Source of the DNA: Glaucostegus cemiculus
Taxonomy: Eukaryota
Reading direction: 5' to 3'
Assembly: GCA_976551045.1 (NCBI GenBank)
Contig: CDPCPM010000153.1
Location: 3,534,001 to 3,598,000 of the forward strand
DNA: 64,000 nt
The position numbers and the translations under genes are program-made. The notes under the pieces are model-generated. The model did not search any database. It saw only the letters and a list, made by a program, of their open reading frames with translations, and was not told where the DNA came from. This document shows, piece after piece, positions 50,951-62,689 of this stretch (its first letter is position 1; each line of letters starts with the position of its first letter).

Positions 50951-53900
50951 CAACAGTGACAGTACTTCTGAGGCACCTCAATAGCTTTTTGACTGTTTTA
51001 GGGCATCCTGAGGTTGTGAAAGGCAAAAAAGAAATGAAAGTCTTTCTTTCTCAGCAGATATAATAAGGAGAAAGAAAGTAATAATTTGAGGTTTCCTCCA
51101 TTTTAAACCAATAACATGGGTTTGTTTTGGTAATGGATTGATGGTGAACTCATTTTAAAGGACCCTCAGCATTACTCCCATCCCATTTCCTGGATCCACC
51201 TCCAGTTTGGCTCCCTTACAGAGTTTACTTTGCTGCAGGATATTATTAATTGTGGGCTCTGTTACAGACCTTCACTCTCTCCTCGTCCTCGATATGTTCT
51301 TCACCTATCAACTGCCAGCAGCATTTCTGTTGCCTGAGCAAACCTCCAGTTTGATAAATTTGAGTTTGAATGGATGACTTGGGTAAAGATGAATGCAGAA
51401 CTTCATGCCAAAGGAGGTGAAACCTGGGAAATGATGCCATAAATTCAATACTTTCTGATCCAAAGCAGATATTAACTAGTCATCTTATTTTGTAAAAGAA
51501 AGGATCATCAGTGTTTGTTTAATGAACAATTAATGTGTAATTGAGATTTGGGATAATTGGCAGTTAATTGGTGAGTACAATGGGTCTGGTGAGCAACTCA
51601 TCATCAGATTAGGGTGGAGTCCTGTTGCTGTCCTTCCCTGATGATTCAAGGAGACAGAATTAAAGCAAGAAGTTTCATTGGAAATTATCTCACATTTTAA
51701 ACTTGCCTTAAGCCATTTTCTGAAGTTCAATGTCCTCAGAAGAATGGTGTCCCACATTGCATTTATACATCACTTTCTCTGCTGCAGTTTTCTTCTATAT
51801 CTGCTGAAGGAATGGAGTGCTATAGATTCCAAAACAACATGCTTCATGCAAGTCCAGGCAGCATGCACCTCCATACAATCAGGTTTATACTGTCCTTACT
51901 CAATGTCTACTTGTGGTCATGGGCAGTAATCCAGGAGCAAAGCCTTGTGTACTTACTGTGGGCCATCAAGGTTACCTCTGTATGTGAGCATAGCTGTGTC
52001 TGCTACTACAGTCCAGTCTTTCCATACCCAGCATCCTCTCTCCCCCCAACCCACTGCCCGTGTTCTCCACAACCACAGCTCACTGCAGCTCTTCCCCCAC
52101 ATTCATTGCCAATGAAGAAAGTATGAGATGTAGGATATTCTCATGGTAAAGCCCTGCAGCGTTTGTTCAGTTTTTTGTGCTTCAGTTATCTTGCGAGGGC
52201 TCTGTGACCTACCAGAAGCACACTGTGACAGCGAGTCTGTTGAGACTGAGCCTCAATCTGACCTCAGTCTTTCGATTAATACTCTGTGTGCTTCAGCAAT
52301 AGCATTGTTATTAAAAATATTTCAATCATTGTATGTTTATGGGCAAGGGTGTGGTGTCAGTTTTTTTATACAAACATCTGATGTAAAAATCATTTCCTTC
52401 AAGATTAGAGTGTGTGTCAGACCAGCTGATGTATACTGTTTATTTTGAAATTAAAAGTCTTGGGTTTCCCAGTTGGAAAATAAATGTGCCCATTGATATT
52501 AAGCTGCATGCACCATGTTAATTCTTGGCTCTGTCCCTGAAATGTTTTCAGTTAACTGGTCTGAGCCAGGACAGTTCTCGGAATGCTTACAGTTGGGATC
52601 AGAAAACTAAAGGAAATCCAGCGAGGTCTTGTTGCTGACCTCTATCCTGTGTCGACTGTAAAGACCTGAATCAGTTCAAGGTCTTTGAGCACAACCCATT
52701 GGTCCCTCCCTCACTTGGGTTTCTCTTGGCATCATCAGTCGAGCTGAGCAGGCCTGGGCACTGGAGGTCTGCTGCAAGTTTGAGGACTGCACTCGATATT
52801 TCCTCACGTTTAGTGTCACCAGTAAAACTCCTGTAAATGAACACCACATCCAACAACAGTATGCATTGATATAGTGTACTTGGGAAAACTCCCTTGCACC
52901 TTTCACAGTGTAATTGATCAAAATGATACTGAGTCAAAGCAGGGGGATTTGGGAGGTTTGATTTAAAGTTTGATCGATAATGCAAGTTTTATGGGGAGAA
53001 TTCTACTTGTGCGTGCCCAGGTGTCTTAATGGCGCCACTGCAATGGTGGAGGAAAGATTAGATGTATGAAAACTAAGATCCAGAGAAGAACAGAATTCCC
53101 TGATTTTTTTCTTTTAGTTTGAGGAGGTTACTAAGTTAAGGAGAGAGCAACACTACGGCGAGATTGGAACAATAGGATCAGACTTTTAAATATGATTAAC
53201 TTCTAAGCCAGGAACCAATGAGAATAGGAGTGTTAGTTGAGCAAGGTAGTTGATATAAGCAGCAAAATTTTTGTCTTTGGAGAGCAGAGGATGGGAGATG
53301 ATGTGCATGGCAATTGGAGCAGCTGAGCCTAGAAATGCCAAAAGGGTGAATGAATACTTGAGCAGCGGAAAACTTCCGACAGAGAAAGACATGATGACAC
53401 GGAAGTGTTCTCTGACACAGCGGATGTGGAGTCTGAACTCGGCATGCTCATAAAGTTCATGAATCATCTGGTTCAGCTTCCTAATACACAGAGTTGATGA
53501 TTAGGGATCAAAGTTTGTGTTAGGGTCTAAACATATTAACTGCAGTCCTCCAGATATTTGGAGAAAAGTGCAGCTCATTGAGGGCAAGATGTTGGAAAAT
53601 CAGTCTGGCAATGCGGACCAATAATTTCTGTGAATTTGCTTCAAGATGTTTTGTAATCCATGAGTGAATGAAAATAAATAGTTTTATTGAAGTGCTAAAA
53701 TTTACATTCAGTGGTTGAACCAACAGCATTATGTGCTCAGTGCTGTGGCTGACATTGTCTATCAAAATGTCTGTTATATTCTGAAACTGATCAGAAACAG
53801 TAACGTGATGAAGTGGCAGAACATCTATTATAAATGTTAATTCTGTCTCATTACAAACAATGTTTCTCTTGCGTACAAAATAGACTTGAGGTCGTGTCAC

Positions 53901-55279
53901 ATCAATAATGGATGAATGAGATCCTTGTCTAAATACAATACGTGAGTTAAGTCCTGGCAAAAGTAAATACAGATCTTTGGGTAGAAAGGATGAATATTCC
54001 CTTTTACAGGACAGCTTTTGACGCTTCCAGGGGAAATGTGCCCTGAACCCCCAAGAATATCAGCTCATTTCTCCATCCTTTCCACTGCTCGAGTACCAAA
54101 TCTCATACCCCCAAAACCGTGTTGTGGGGGAAATTCAAGACTTCAAGCCCCAAGGTTCTGTAACCATCTTGAATTGTCCTCTGTAGGAATGGCTTTGAAC
54201 TCTGCTCTGATTCTACTATTGTCAGATCCCCTGTTTAGACTTGCACATGAAGGATGTTCATTTTGGCAAATTATGCAAGGGCATGGTAAAAGCCAGCACC
54301 CTGGAGTGATCAATGAAGGTGGAAAAGAATGTGTTATTAGGCACTGGCCATTTCTACTTTGTGAGGAAGGGATGTTTGCTCAGGATGTAGTTGATTCCAC
54401 AGGTGCCTCTAATAATACTCTGATTACCAATGGAAATGATTTTAAAATTGGGAGAATTTGGGCAATATGCCAGCACTATGATTAGGCAGAGGAATTCAGT
54501 GTAAGGCATAAGGAGCTATAATAACTTGTGGACTGTGGGATGTTTGCTCTGTCCGTGCTAAGAAACCCTTTCTGTCCAGTTTATTTAATACATTTCAGAC
54601 AGCTAATTTTATGATTAGTCATCTTCTGAAGTGTATTGTTATCCCAAAGAAAGAAACCACTGCATTGTTGTAGAAGGTCAAATGTGTGGTTTATCTGTGG
54701 AGTTGCGTATTTAAATCTGAGAGAGGTAGAATAGTACATTTCTGTGCCCTTCGCAGCTACCGATGGTGCTGGGATTAATATTACCTAACCGTCCATAAAA
54801 AGCTAGAACCTATCCAGCAGACCAGACCATGGAAACCATCAGAAATTGAGTAATTCAGTTAATTTAATACAGGAGTGAGTTTTTGTGATTGAAGAACCTC
54901 TAACCCAATAGAATGAAGTTGTTTTTTTAGGTTTAAAAAAATGTATTGTTATTTTGTATGCTTTTCCTACAAAGAAACCGGATGCCAATTCGCCATTATC
55001 TTCTGCCTAGAATTTTCTACCCACCCTCTCAAGATAAATCCTCATATATTGCCGTGGCTTCCTTGTGATACCTAGTGCCCTGTGACAATGTTAGGATTCC
55101 TGTTGTGCTCATTTCTGTGTGAATTCCCGTTGCCATATCAGACTTGAGCCATTTCTGAGCCCTGTCCTGTTATTTCCTCCTCTCCACTGCCCTTCACCCT
55201 TCTCCAAATCCAGTCCATCTGTTTACACTCCACCACCTTCTCCCCACCTACCTATTCTCCCTTCTGAAGCACAATGCCT

Positions 55280-56480
55280 CACCTGCCATCCCCTCTCCAC
55301 TGTTCTGGGTTCAAGTCCACTGAACATGACAACACCAACCATGACTGCTTTATTGTATTTATCATTTGAACCATTTCGTCACCTGTCTCATTCTCTTGCT
55401 TGCCTGCAATTTACCCAGCACAGTCCCCATCCTCATGTTCTCAAGTCAGGTGGCCACAAACCCAAATACATGTTGTGCAATTGGTCATGTTGTTCACGGT
55501 TACATTTGGCTCAACAATGTCAAGTTGTGCAATCCCTGCCACCAAAATCTTAATGATCGTGTTGGAGAGCCAAGGCCAGTCTAACCTCCTCTTTATGATT
55601 GATAGCTCTTCAAATCTTTTTCTCCTGCTCCCTTTACCTTGATGTCCAGTGAGAAGAGTTATCTCATGGATTTCTTTACTTCTGAAGGTTGAGACCATCT
55701 AATCGGCTGCCTTTGCACTCTACACCCCTTGCTTCCCACCCATTACCCTGATTTATCCATGGCATTGTGATTTCTCAATGCGTTCCTCCCCCAGCCCCTC
55801 ATCACCAGTCCCAACAACCACTGGATACTGTCCTTCTCACAAGTGAAACCACAGTCCTTCCAAGAAGCTCAAAGTGATCTCTCTGTTTAGCAAAATATGT
55901 TTATCTTTCCCTATCAAGTTTATCAAATGTGTCATACCTCCCGCTCAGTTCTTCCAAAACATTCTCTTCAAATTCTTCCATGACTCTGCTATGATTCTAT
56001 GACCATGTCTTAACTAATCAGTTAAGTGGAATAGCCCTTGCCTTGTCCCATTCTTACTTATCGAAATGCAGCCAATGCATCTCCAGAAAGGGGGTCTCTT
56101 CCCACTCCAACATTCATCTTTTGAGAAAGCCAATGTGTCTCCCTCCCATCTTTTGAGAGGGAGATGCATTGGCTGCAGTTCCTCATAAATTGGCTGTTTC
56201 TTAGTGATGACATCAAAGTTATTAAATTCTTCAACTTTCCTGACCACATCAGGTGCTAGGAAGGCTTGCCGTCCAACTTCTGCATAGTATCCAGTACCAA
56301 TTGCTTTATACCTACCTCTCCAATAATGCCTGTATCTATCACAACTTGAGCTGTTCTGTCACTGAAATCCTTTCTCATCTCCTTGGCACCACTAGGCTCA
56401 ATTAATCTAGTGCTATCCTCCTTGTCTTCCCAACATACACACCTCTTGGGTTTCCTAAATCAACTGCTTGGATCCAGTTA
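55280..56480 (+). mobile_element. Highly decayed L2-like LINE
   Basis: Pyrimidine-rich + strand with scattered L2-like remnants. No ORF with a recognisable product. Confidence 0.4.
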
Positions 56481-57029
56481 TGCTTGTCGGTTACTCCTAT
56501 CTGTACCAATCTACACTGGGATCAGACACCACTGGGAATGCCATTGAGGAGTTTGAGTCTTGAAAGAGCTTGGAAGTGCAGGAGAAGACTGGGTCATGAT
56601 TGGGCTTTGGAGCAGAGTAGGTCAGGGTCTGGCAGCTTAAGGAGAGAGTAGATTCTAAAAGACTTGCAGAAGCACAATGAGCCCCCTTTACACCATTAGG
56701 AAGGAAAGCAGTCTGATGGGATGTGCATAGGGAGGTATAAACATTAAACAACTTAGCTTCGACATCCTGAGAACCTTTTACAGTGGAGATACCTTGCAGC
56801 ATAGACAGCCACTTCCAGTTCTCACATTACTGCCTTCATTAAGGGTCAGCATACTGCCTCTATGCTCCTGTTACCAGCTGAATTGATAACTGAAAAATTG
56901 TGACCTGTGTGCTTCCTGCGCATGTCAGCAGTCCTCCTTTTGTGCCCTTTTGGACAAATTATCATCCTTTGCAGTCCTTAGCAATGTGTGTATACACATA
57001 CCAACACACAATTAATTCATTATTTGAGT

Positions 57030-57312
57030 GAGCTGTCAAATTGAGACCCTTTTGCACTCTCAGGTGCACATTAAAGATCCAGTGACACTGTTTTGAAGAA
57101 AGGTGGAGGAGTTGGTGTCCGAGCCAATATTTATCCTTCGACCAACATCATTTAAACATGATCTAGGCATTATCACGTCATGGTTGCTTATAGAATGCAA
57201 ATTGGTTGCCATGTTTACTATAACAGCAATGTGAGCGCACTCTAAATAGTACTTCATTGGCTGTAAGGATTTGGGATGTCCTGAGATTTTGAAAGGAGCT
57301 ATGAAAGGTCAG
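57030..57312 (+). mobile_element. Deu-domain SINE (SacSINE1/AmnSINE-like)
   Basis: taaagatccagtgacactgttttgaaga...ggtgtccgagccaatatttatccttcgaccaacatc...gtacttcattggctgtaa...ttgggatgtcctgag. Confidence 0.7.
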
Positions 57313-57654
57313 TATTTTTTTCCTTTCTGAAACCTCAAAAGTGGTTCGGAAGCTTTTTTTAAAAAAAAACTTAATAGAGGGGAGTGTCTTAATTAATGTC
57401 AGTCTGTTTTGATTTTGAACAGTCAACAAAGAAACCACAGCTGCTGTCATCACGGGTATTGTCTCATAATGGAAAAGGAGCAATTATTAATGAATTTAAA
57501 TGTCATCATTTGAAATGAAAACTTAGGAACATAGGCTCTTAAGCCCCTCAGAGTTGTTGCATCATCCAATGAGATCATGGCAGATCTGTACTTTATCTCA
57601 GTCTTGTCCCAACTTTTCCCCAAATCCATTTATACCTTTGATTAGCAACAATAT

Positions 57655-57902
57655 CCCTGTTCCCCCACACCTGCCTATCACTATCTCTTATCTGCACCTA
57701 CCTATCACCACCCTGTGCCCACCCCACCTCCCCTCTTTTGTCCACTGATCACTGCTCTGCTTTTCCCTCCTATATATTGGGCTTCCCCTTTTCCTATCTT
57801 CAGTCTTGAAGAAGGGTCCTGACCCGAAACGTTGACCGCCTGCTTTCTTCCACAGATGCTGCATGGCCTGCTGAGTTCCTCCAGCATCATAGTGTTTTTT
57901 AT
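57655..57902 (+). mobile_element. Penelope pseudo-LTR-like element inserted into a CR1
   Basis: C-rich body, hammerhead motif and terminal gatgctgcatggcctgctgagttcctccagcatc. Flanked by caacaatat (57646-57654) and caataatat (57903-57911). Confidence 0.8.
57801..57838 (+). ncRNA. Minimal type I hammerhead ribozyme motif (Penelope type)
   Basis: CAGTC-TTGAAGA-A-GGGTC-CT-GACCC-GAAAC-GTT-GACCG. Stem II is perfect, GAAA is intact, the core has C3>U, and stem I pairs 4/5. Predicted cut after 57833. Activity is not demonstrated. Confidence 0.65.
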
Positions 57903-57939
57903 CAATAATATATTAGTCTAAGATAAAATCAACAATTGA

Positions 57940-58985
57940 TCAAGCATCAAATGCCATTTGTGAAAGACTGGTTCAAGCTTGTACCATCTTTTGCATGTCA
58001 GTGTTCCCTAACTTTGTTCCTGAAGGGCTTGACCCTCATTTTTAGACTCTGTCCCCTAGTCCTATATTCCCCAACCATTGGAAATAGTTTATCCCAGTCT
58101 ATCCCATCAGTTCCCTTTTAATATACAATTTTATGTTGTGTAATCTCTCCTCAGAATTTAATCCCTGCAGCCCATGTATCATTCTGGTAACCTATGCTGC
58201 AATCCCTCCAGGGCCAATTTATCCTTCCTAACATATGGTGCCCAGAACTGCTTTCAATACTCCAGGTGTGGTCTTACCTGGGCTTTGTATAGCTGTTACA
58301 TAGCATCTGTTCCCTGTACTCTAATCTGCTAAATCTAAAGGTGAGCATTTCATTACCCTTTCTGATTGTTTTTTATACCTCTCCATGACATTTTAATCAA
58401 TGTAGAAGCCTTCTAAATCTTTTTAATCTCTTTAGACCTCCACTGCTTCCAGCTCTTCACCATTTAGAAAATGCTCTGTTCTATCCTTTTCATGTCCAAA
58501 GTAGTTGACCCCCCCATTTGCCTAGATTGATTTCTACTTGTCACAGGTGTGCCTATTTGCTTAATCTATTAATATCTAGTAATTTAATGCTTCCATCTAC
58601 ACCACACACAATGACACCTATCTTTCTGTTCTTAGCAAATTTGGATCTATGGTTTTCTGTTCCATTGTGTATGTCATGTAAAAATGCAGTGAACAGTTCA
58701 AACAATTTCTTATGAGGAACTTGGTCATATGTCTTCTGAAGATCTACATAAATAATGTCCATAGACTTTCCCCAGGCCAGTACTTTAGTCATTTCTTCAA
58801 ATTATTTCATCCAGGCATGACCTTTTTAACTATCACTGACTGCCGCTGATCATTGAAAATTTCCAAAGCATACAGTCACACTTTCGCTAATTATAGACCA
58901 GCATGATTACCTGACAATAGATGTTAGGCTAATTGCTCTATAATTCCCTGCTCGGCACTCTCAATCACCTTTCTTAAACTCTTGA
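57940..58985 (-). mobile_element. Old CR1 ORF2 fragment (its 3' tail is at 57525-57650)
   Basis: MDIIYVDLQKTYDQVPHKKL, SKFAKNRKIG and RPHLEY..QFWAPY. Confidence 0.8.
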
Positions 58986-59354
58986 TAATTCAATTTCCAG
59001 TTTTGCTCAGTCTTGTGGGGGGAAAAGCAAAGATATTTTGAAGCATTGCGGCACAGGTCTCTTCACCCTCTGGGTACGTCGATACGCTTTGCAAGCTGTA
59101 AAAATCTGGAAACTGCTCAGAATACACCAGATTAGTTCGAATTATAATTTGTTGAAGCCCAGGCTTATAGGGCAACTTGAGGCCTTGAAATGAAATCTTT
59201 ATTCAAGATTTCGGAAGATAAAAGGAACAGCACAGTGGATAAATGGCCCTGTGGAAAGATTTACTGTGCCACTTGCATGGCACCAACTCAGGCCACAGAG
59301 TGGTGAAGTGGGTAATGGAAAACTGTCATGCTAATACCTGGGGGAATGGCAAGT

Positions 59355-59750
59355 GCTCTTCTGGGATTTGGACAGAGTACAGAAATTTGACCTTGTGCCC
59401 AACCTCTACTGCGCCTACCTTTGGAATGGTAGTTGGAACAGTTACAGAGGGAGCTTTACTCTGCATCTAACTTGTGGTAGCCCTTCCTGAGAAATGTGAG
59501 GCAGGACAGTGTGGAGGGACCCTGTATCTAAATCGTGCTGTCCCTGGGAACATGTGAAGGGATTGTGTAGATGCAGCTTTACTGTGTATCTAACCTATGA
59601 TGCCCCTGTCCTGAGAGTGTTTGATGGAACAACATAGAGGGAGTTTCACTTTATATCTAACCTATACTGTCCTTGCCTTAGTGGAGAAAAGTTGTACCCT
59701 GCATCAAGCCAGTGCTGTATGCCTGTCCTGGGAGTAATTTGTGGTGTCTC
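59355..59750 (+). repeat. Decayed tandem repeat, unit roughly 60-70 nt, about 5-6 copies
   Basis: Recurrent agagggagctttactctg.atctaac...ctg.cctgg/agagtgtttgatgg motif. Confidence 0.7.
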
Positions 59751-59954
59751 CAGAAGACACATGATCACATTTCTCATAAGAAATTGTTTACTGAACTATT
59801 AACTATTTTTACATGGCATAGTCAATGGAACAGAAAACCATAGATCCAGATTTGCCAAGGACAGAAAGATAGGTGTCTTTGTGTATACCTGAAATAGAAA
59901 ATAGATCATTCTGCAGGAGTAAAATTGTTCGGCTTAGCACAAAGTAATGAACTA

Positions 59955-60470
59955 AGAGTATTGTGGACAGTTCTGGTCGCCACACTGCAGGAAGGATATG
60001 GGAACAATAGAGAAAGTGCAGAAGAGATTCACCAGGATGTTGCCTGGAATGGAGTCAGTTACAAGGAGACATTGCATAGGCTGGGTATGTTATTACTTGA
60101 GTGCAGGAGGCTAAGAGGTGATCTTATAGAGGTTTATAAGATTGAGGGCATAGATAGGGGTAGATAATCTCAATTTTTTTCCTAGGTGGGCGAGTCTAAA
60201 ACTAGAGGGGAAATATTTAAAGGAGATCTGAGGGATATGTTTTTCACACGGTGGGTGGTGGTTATCTGGGACGAGCTGCCTATGGAGGTGGTAGAGGCAG
60301 GTACAGTTACATCATTTAATAAGCATTTGATAGGTACTTGGATAGGAAAGGAGTGGAGGGATATGGACATAATGCAGGCAAATGGGATTAGTGTAGATAG
60401 GCATCTCAGTCAGCATGGATGAAGTGGGCCAAATGGCCTGTTTCTGTGCTGTACAGCTCCATAACTCTGT
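59955..60470 (+). mobile_element. CR1 3' end
   Basis: [42 protein letters not shown], and the tail gggccaaatggcctgtttctgtgctgta. Confidence 0.9.
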
Positions 60471-60536
60471 GACTGGTTAAAATAAGCCAATTCTTTGCAC
60501 GCAAGAAGACGATCTGTAAGGATGCTATTCGTTCTC

Positions 60537-60731
60537 GCAGGTCAGACAGCATCTGTGGAGAAAATCAGGTGGTCAATGTTTTGGGTCAGGACCCTTCTCC
60601 AGTGCTGAAGAAGGGTCCTGACCTGAAACGTTGACCGCCTGCTTTTCTCCACGGCTGCTGCCTGGCCTGCTGAGTTCTTCCAGCATCTTTTTTTTCATTC
60701 AGTTTCTAGCATCTGCAATCCTATGTTTCTC
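60537..60731. mobile_element. Palindromic Penelope-derived element with an intact-core hammerhead motif in its right arm
   Basis: Arms 60537-60602 and 60605-60670. CTGAAGA-A-GGGTC-CT-GACCT-GAAAC-GTT starts at 60605. Flanked by tgctattcgttct and tgccattcattct. Confidence 0.85.
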
Positions 60732-60855
60732 TGCCATTCATTCTTCTTGTTGAGTAGCTCCCAGTGTTCGTTCATTGATGTCCAGAGGCAGTGCCTCTTC
60801 ACCCCAGAAAAAACTCTTTGACAAAGTATTTGATAACTTTCCATTTCTCTTTTAG

Positions 60856-60913
60856 GATTACCCAAAAAATCGACATCCTGGCTGGAGTCGAGGATCAGTG
60901 GCTTATCATGCAG
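60856..60913 (+). CDS. SPRYD3: SPRYD3 internal coding exon (58 nt, phase 0-1)
   Basis: Acceptor tttctcttttag, then DYPKNRHPGWSRGSVAYHA plus one G, then donor CAG|gtatgt. It continues directly from ...LARK of the previous exon, giving ARKDYPKNRHPGWSRGSVAYHA(D), the SPRYD3 motif. Confidence 0.96.
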
Positions 60914-61213
60914 GTATGTAACTAAACTTCTAACATTTTGGGGCGTCTGAGCTATTCTCTACAACTGTTATAAGGTCTGGGACAGTATCTGGTTCTTGCT
61001 CCTTTGAATTACTATGTTAATAATGCACTGTGTTTGATGATTATAGACTCATTCTCTTCTCAAATGTTTACCTCTGCTATTTAAACTGCTGCAGGGCACT
61101 CGGTACAATGTTCTAATGTTGTTTGAAGTCAATGGATCTATATGTGGTGCATTGAGTTCAATTGGTGGGATAAGGAAAATTTTCAGAAAAGTTGATGAAG
61201 GGGTTAGGTTCAT

Positions 61214-61501
61214 GAGAAGAGTTTTAATGTACGACATAGCAGAGAAGAGTTTTAATGTACGACATAGCAGAGAAGAGTTTTAATGTACGACATAGCAGAG
61301 AAGAGTTTTAATGTACGACATAGCAGAGAAGAGTTTTAATGTACGACATAGCAGAGAAGAGTTTTAATGTACGACATAGCAGAGAAGAGTTTTAATGTAC
61401 GACATAGCAGAGAAGAGTTTTAATGTACGACATAGCAGAGAAGAGTTTTAATGTACGACATAGCAGAGAAGAGTTTTAATGTACGACATAGCAGAGAAGA
61501 G
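61214..61501 (+). repeat. Perfect 28-bp minisatellite, about 10.3 copies
   Basis: Unit AGAGAAGAGTTTTAATGTACGACATAGC repeated head to tail with no spacers or substitutions. Confidence 0.97.
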
Positions 61502-62689
61502 GTATGCAGTGTTCAAATATACAAAAGGTGCGTTGTGCTGGGGAGCGTGAAAATGAAGAAAGTGGAAGAAGGACATGGGTAATGAGAGGATACCCAAGGA
61601 AAAGAACAATGCGGATGAACGCAGGAAAATAAAGTGCACGACTTGGTTTATTTCTGCATGGAGCAGATTGGGAAAATTGTAGAGAATGAGATAAGTGGGT
61701 AAGGAAGGGGAGATTTTTTAATCAGTGACAAACTGGAGCAGAGCTCACAGGGGTAGGGACTGTGTGTTGAGGCACGTTTTTAAAAACCAACCAAACCTGT
61801 AGTGGGATAAGAGAAAATAACTTTTCAAAAGAAAATCTGGCAGGTGCTTTGCAAGATTTGGGCTTTAGAAGCAGATTGATTTGTTGGGGTTGGTTTTAGC
61901 AGAGTTGATTGGGAGCCGAACGTCTTTGGAAATGAGGTGTATAAGTACCCATGTACCTTAATGAAACAGCAGGAGTAGATATAGTCTGGTATGGTCATTG
62001 GCTGAAATACAGAGCAATTTTTTTTGTCAGTAGGAACTACATTAGCTGCTTAAAAGTATAGGGGAGAGTTATAGGAGACTAATGGGGGAGCAAAGATCAT
62101 TTATATCAGGGCAGTAACTATTGAATACCATCTTCAAGCCAGCACAGAAAGAGTGGCAGTCTAGAGCCCAAGAAGGGTGCCATGTTAGTGGTGACGGCAG
62201 AGTGTGGAAAAAAAAATTCAAAACCTAAAGGGAAGGAAATTGTACAACATTAAAAACACAAAGTAGTAAGTGTAGAAGTTCATTGTTGGCTTTTCAGAAT
62301 GAAAATAATCCGTTGGTGAGAATCAAGCTTAAGGCAGAATCCTTAGAGCTCCACAGCATCACCTGTTGTCCAGATGTTGCAATTACAACAAATTTACTTT
62401 GCAGTGAATGGTGCAGGGAATTTAGAAACTTGTCAGTTTTTTGCCACACCAATTATTACAAGTTTGAAATATGAAGAGAATATACCATATTTATTCAGTA
62501 GAGCAAGCAGAATCTGCAGAGAGAGAAGCAGAATTAGCACTTGGGTAGATGACCTTTCATTAGAACTGCGGTGACGGATTTTGTTTTGTAGACCAAAAAG
62601 GTGTGCAAGTGAATAATTAAGAGAGAAATTTCTTCAGAGTGAACTATTTTTCTGCAGCTTTCATATAAATAAAAAGAAACATCTTCACA

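Larger units (their letters stand above)
14916..60855 (+). other. SPRYD3: SPRYD3 GT-AG intron, 45,940 nt, phase 0
   Basis: Defined by the two exons, which join in frame with no missing residues. Confidence 0.88.

Noticed and set aside
53520-54485. 146-aa (-) and 155-aa (+) ORFs as nested genes
   Set aside because: No recognisable domain, both start at non-ATG codons, and there is no splice or promoter support. They are compatible with chance ORFs, although a BLASTP search would be needed to be sure.
61214-61501. CRISPR array (28-bp repeats)
   Set aside because: The units are head to tail with no spacers, there are no cas genes, and the context is a vertebrate intron.
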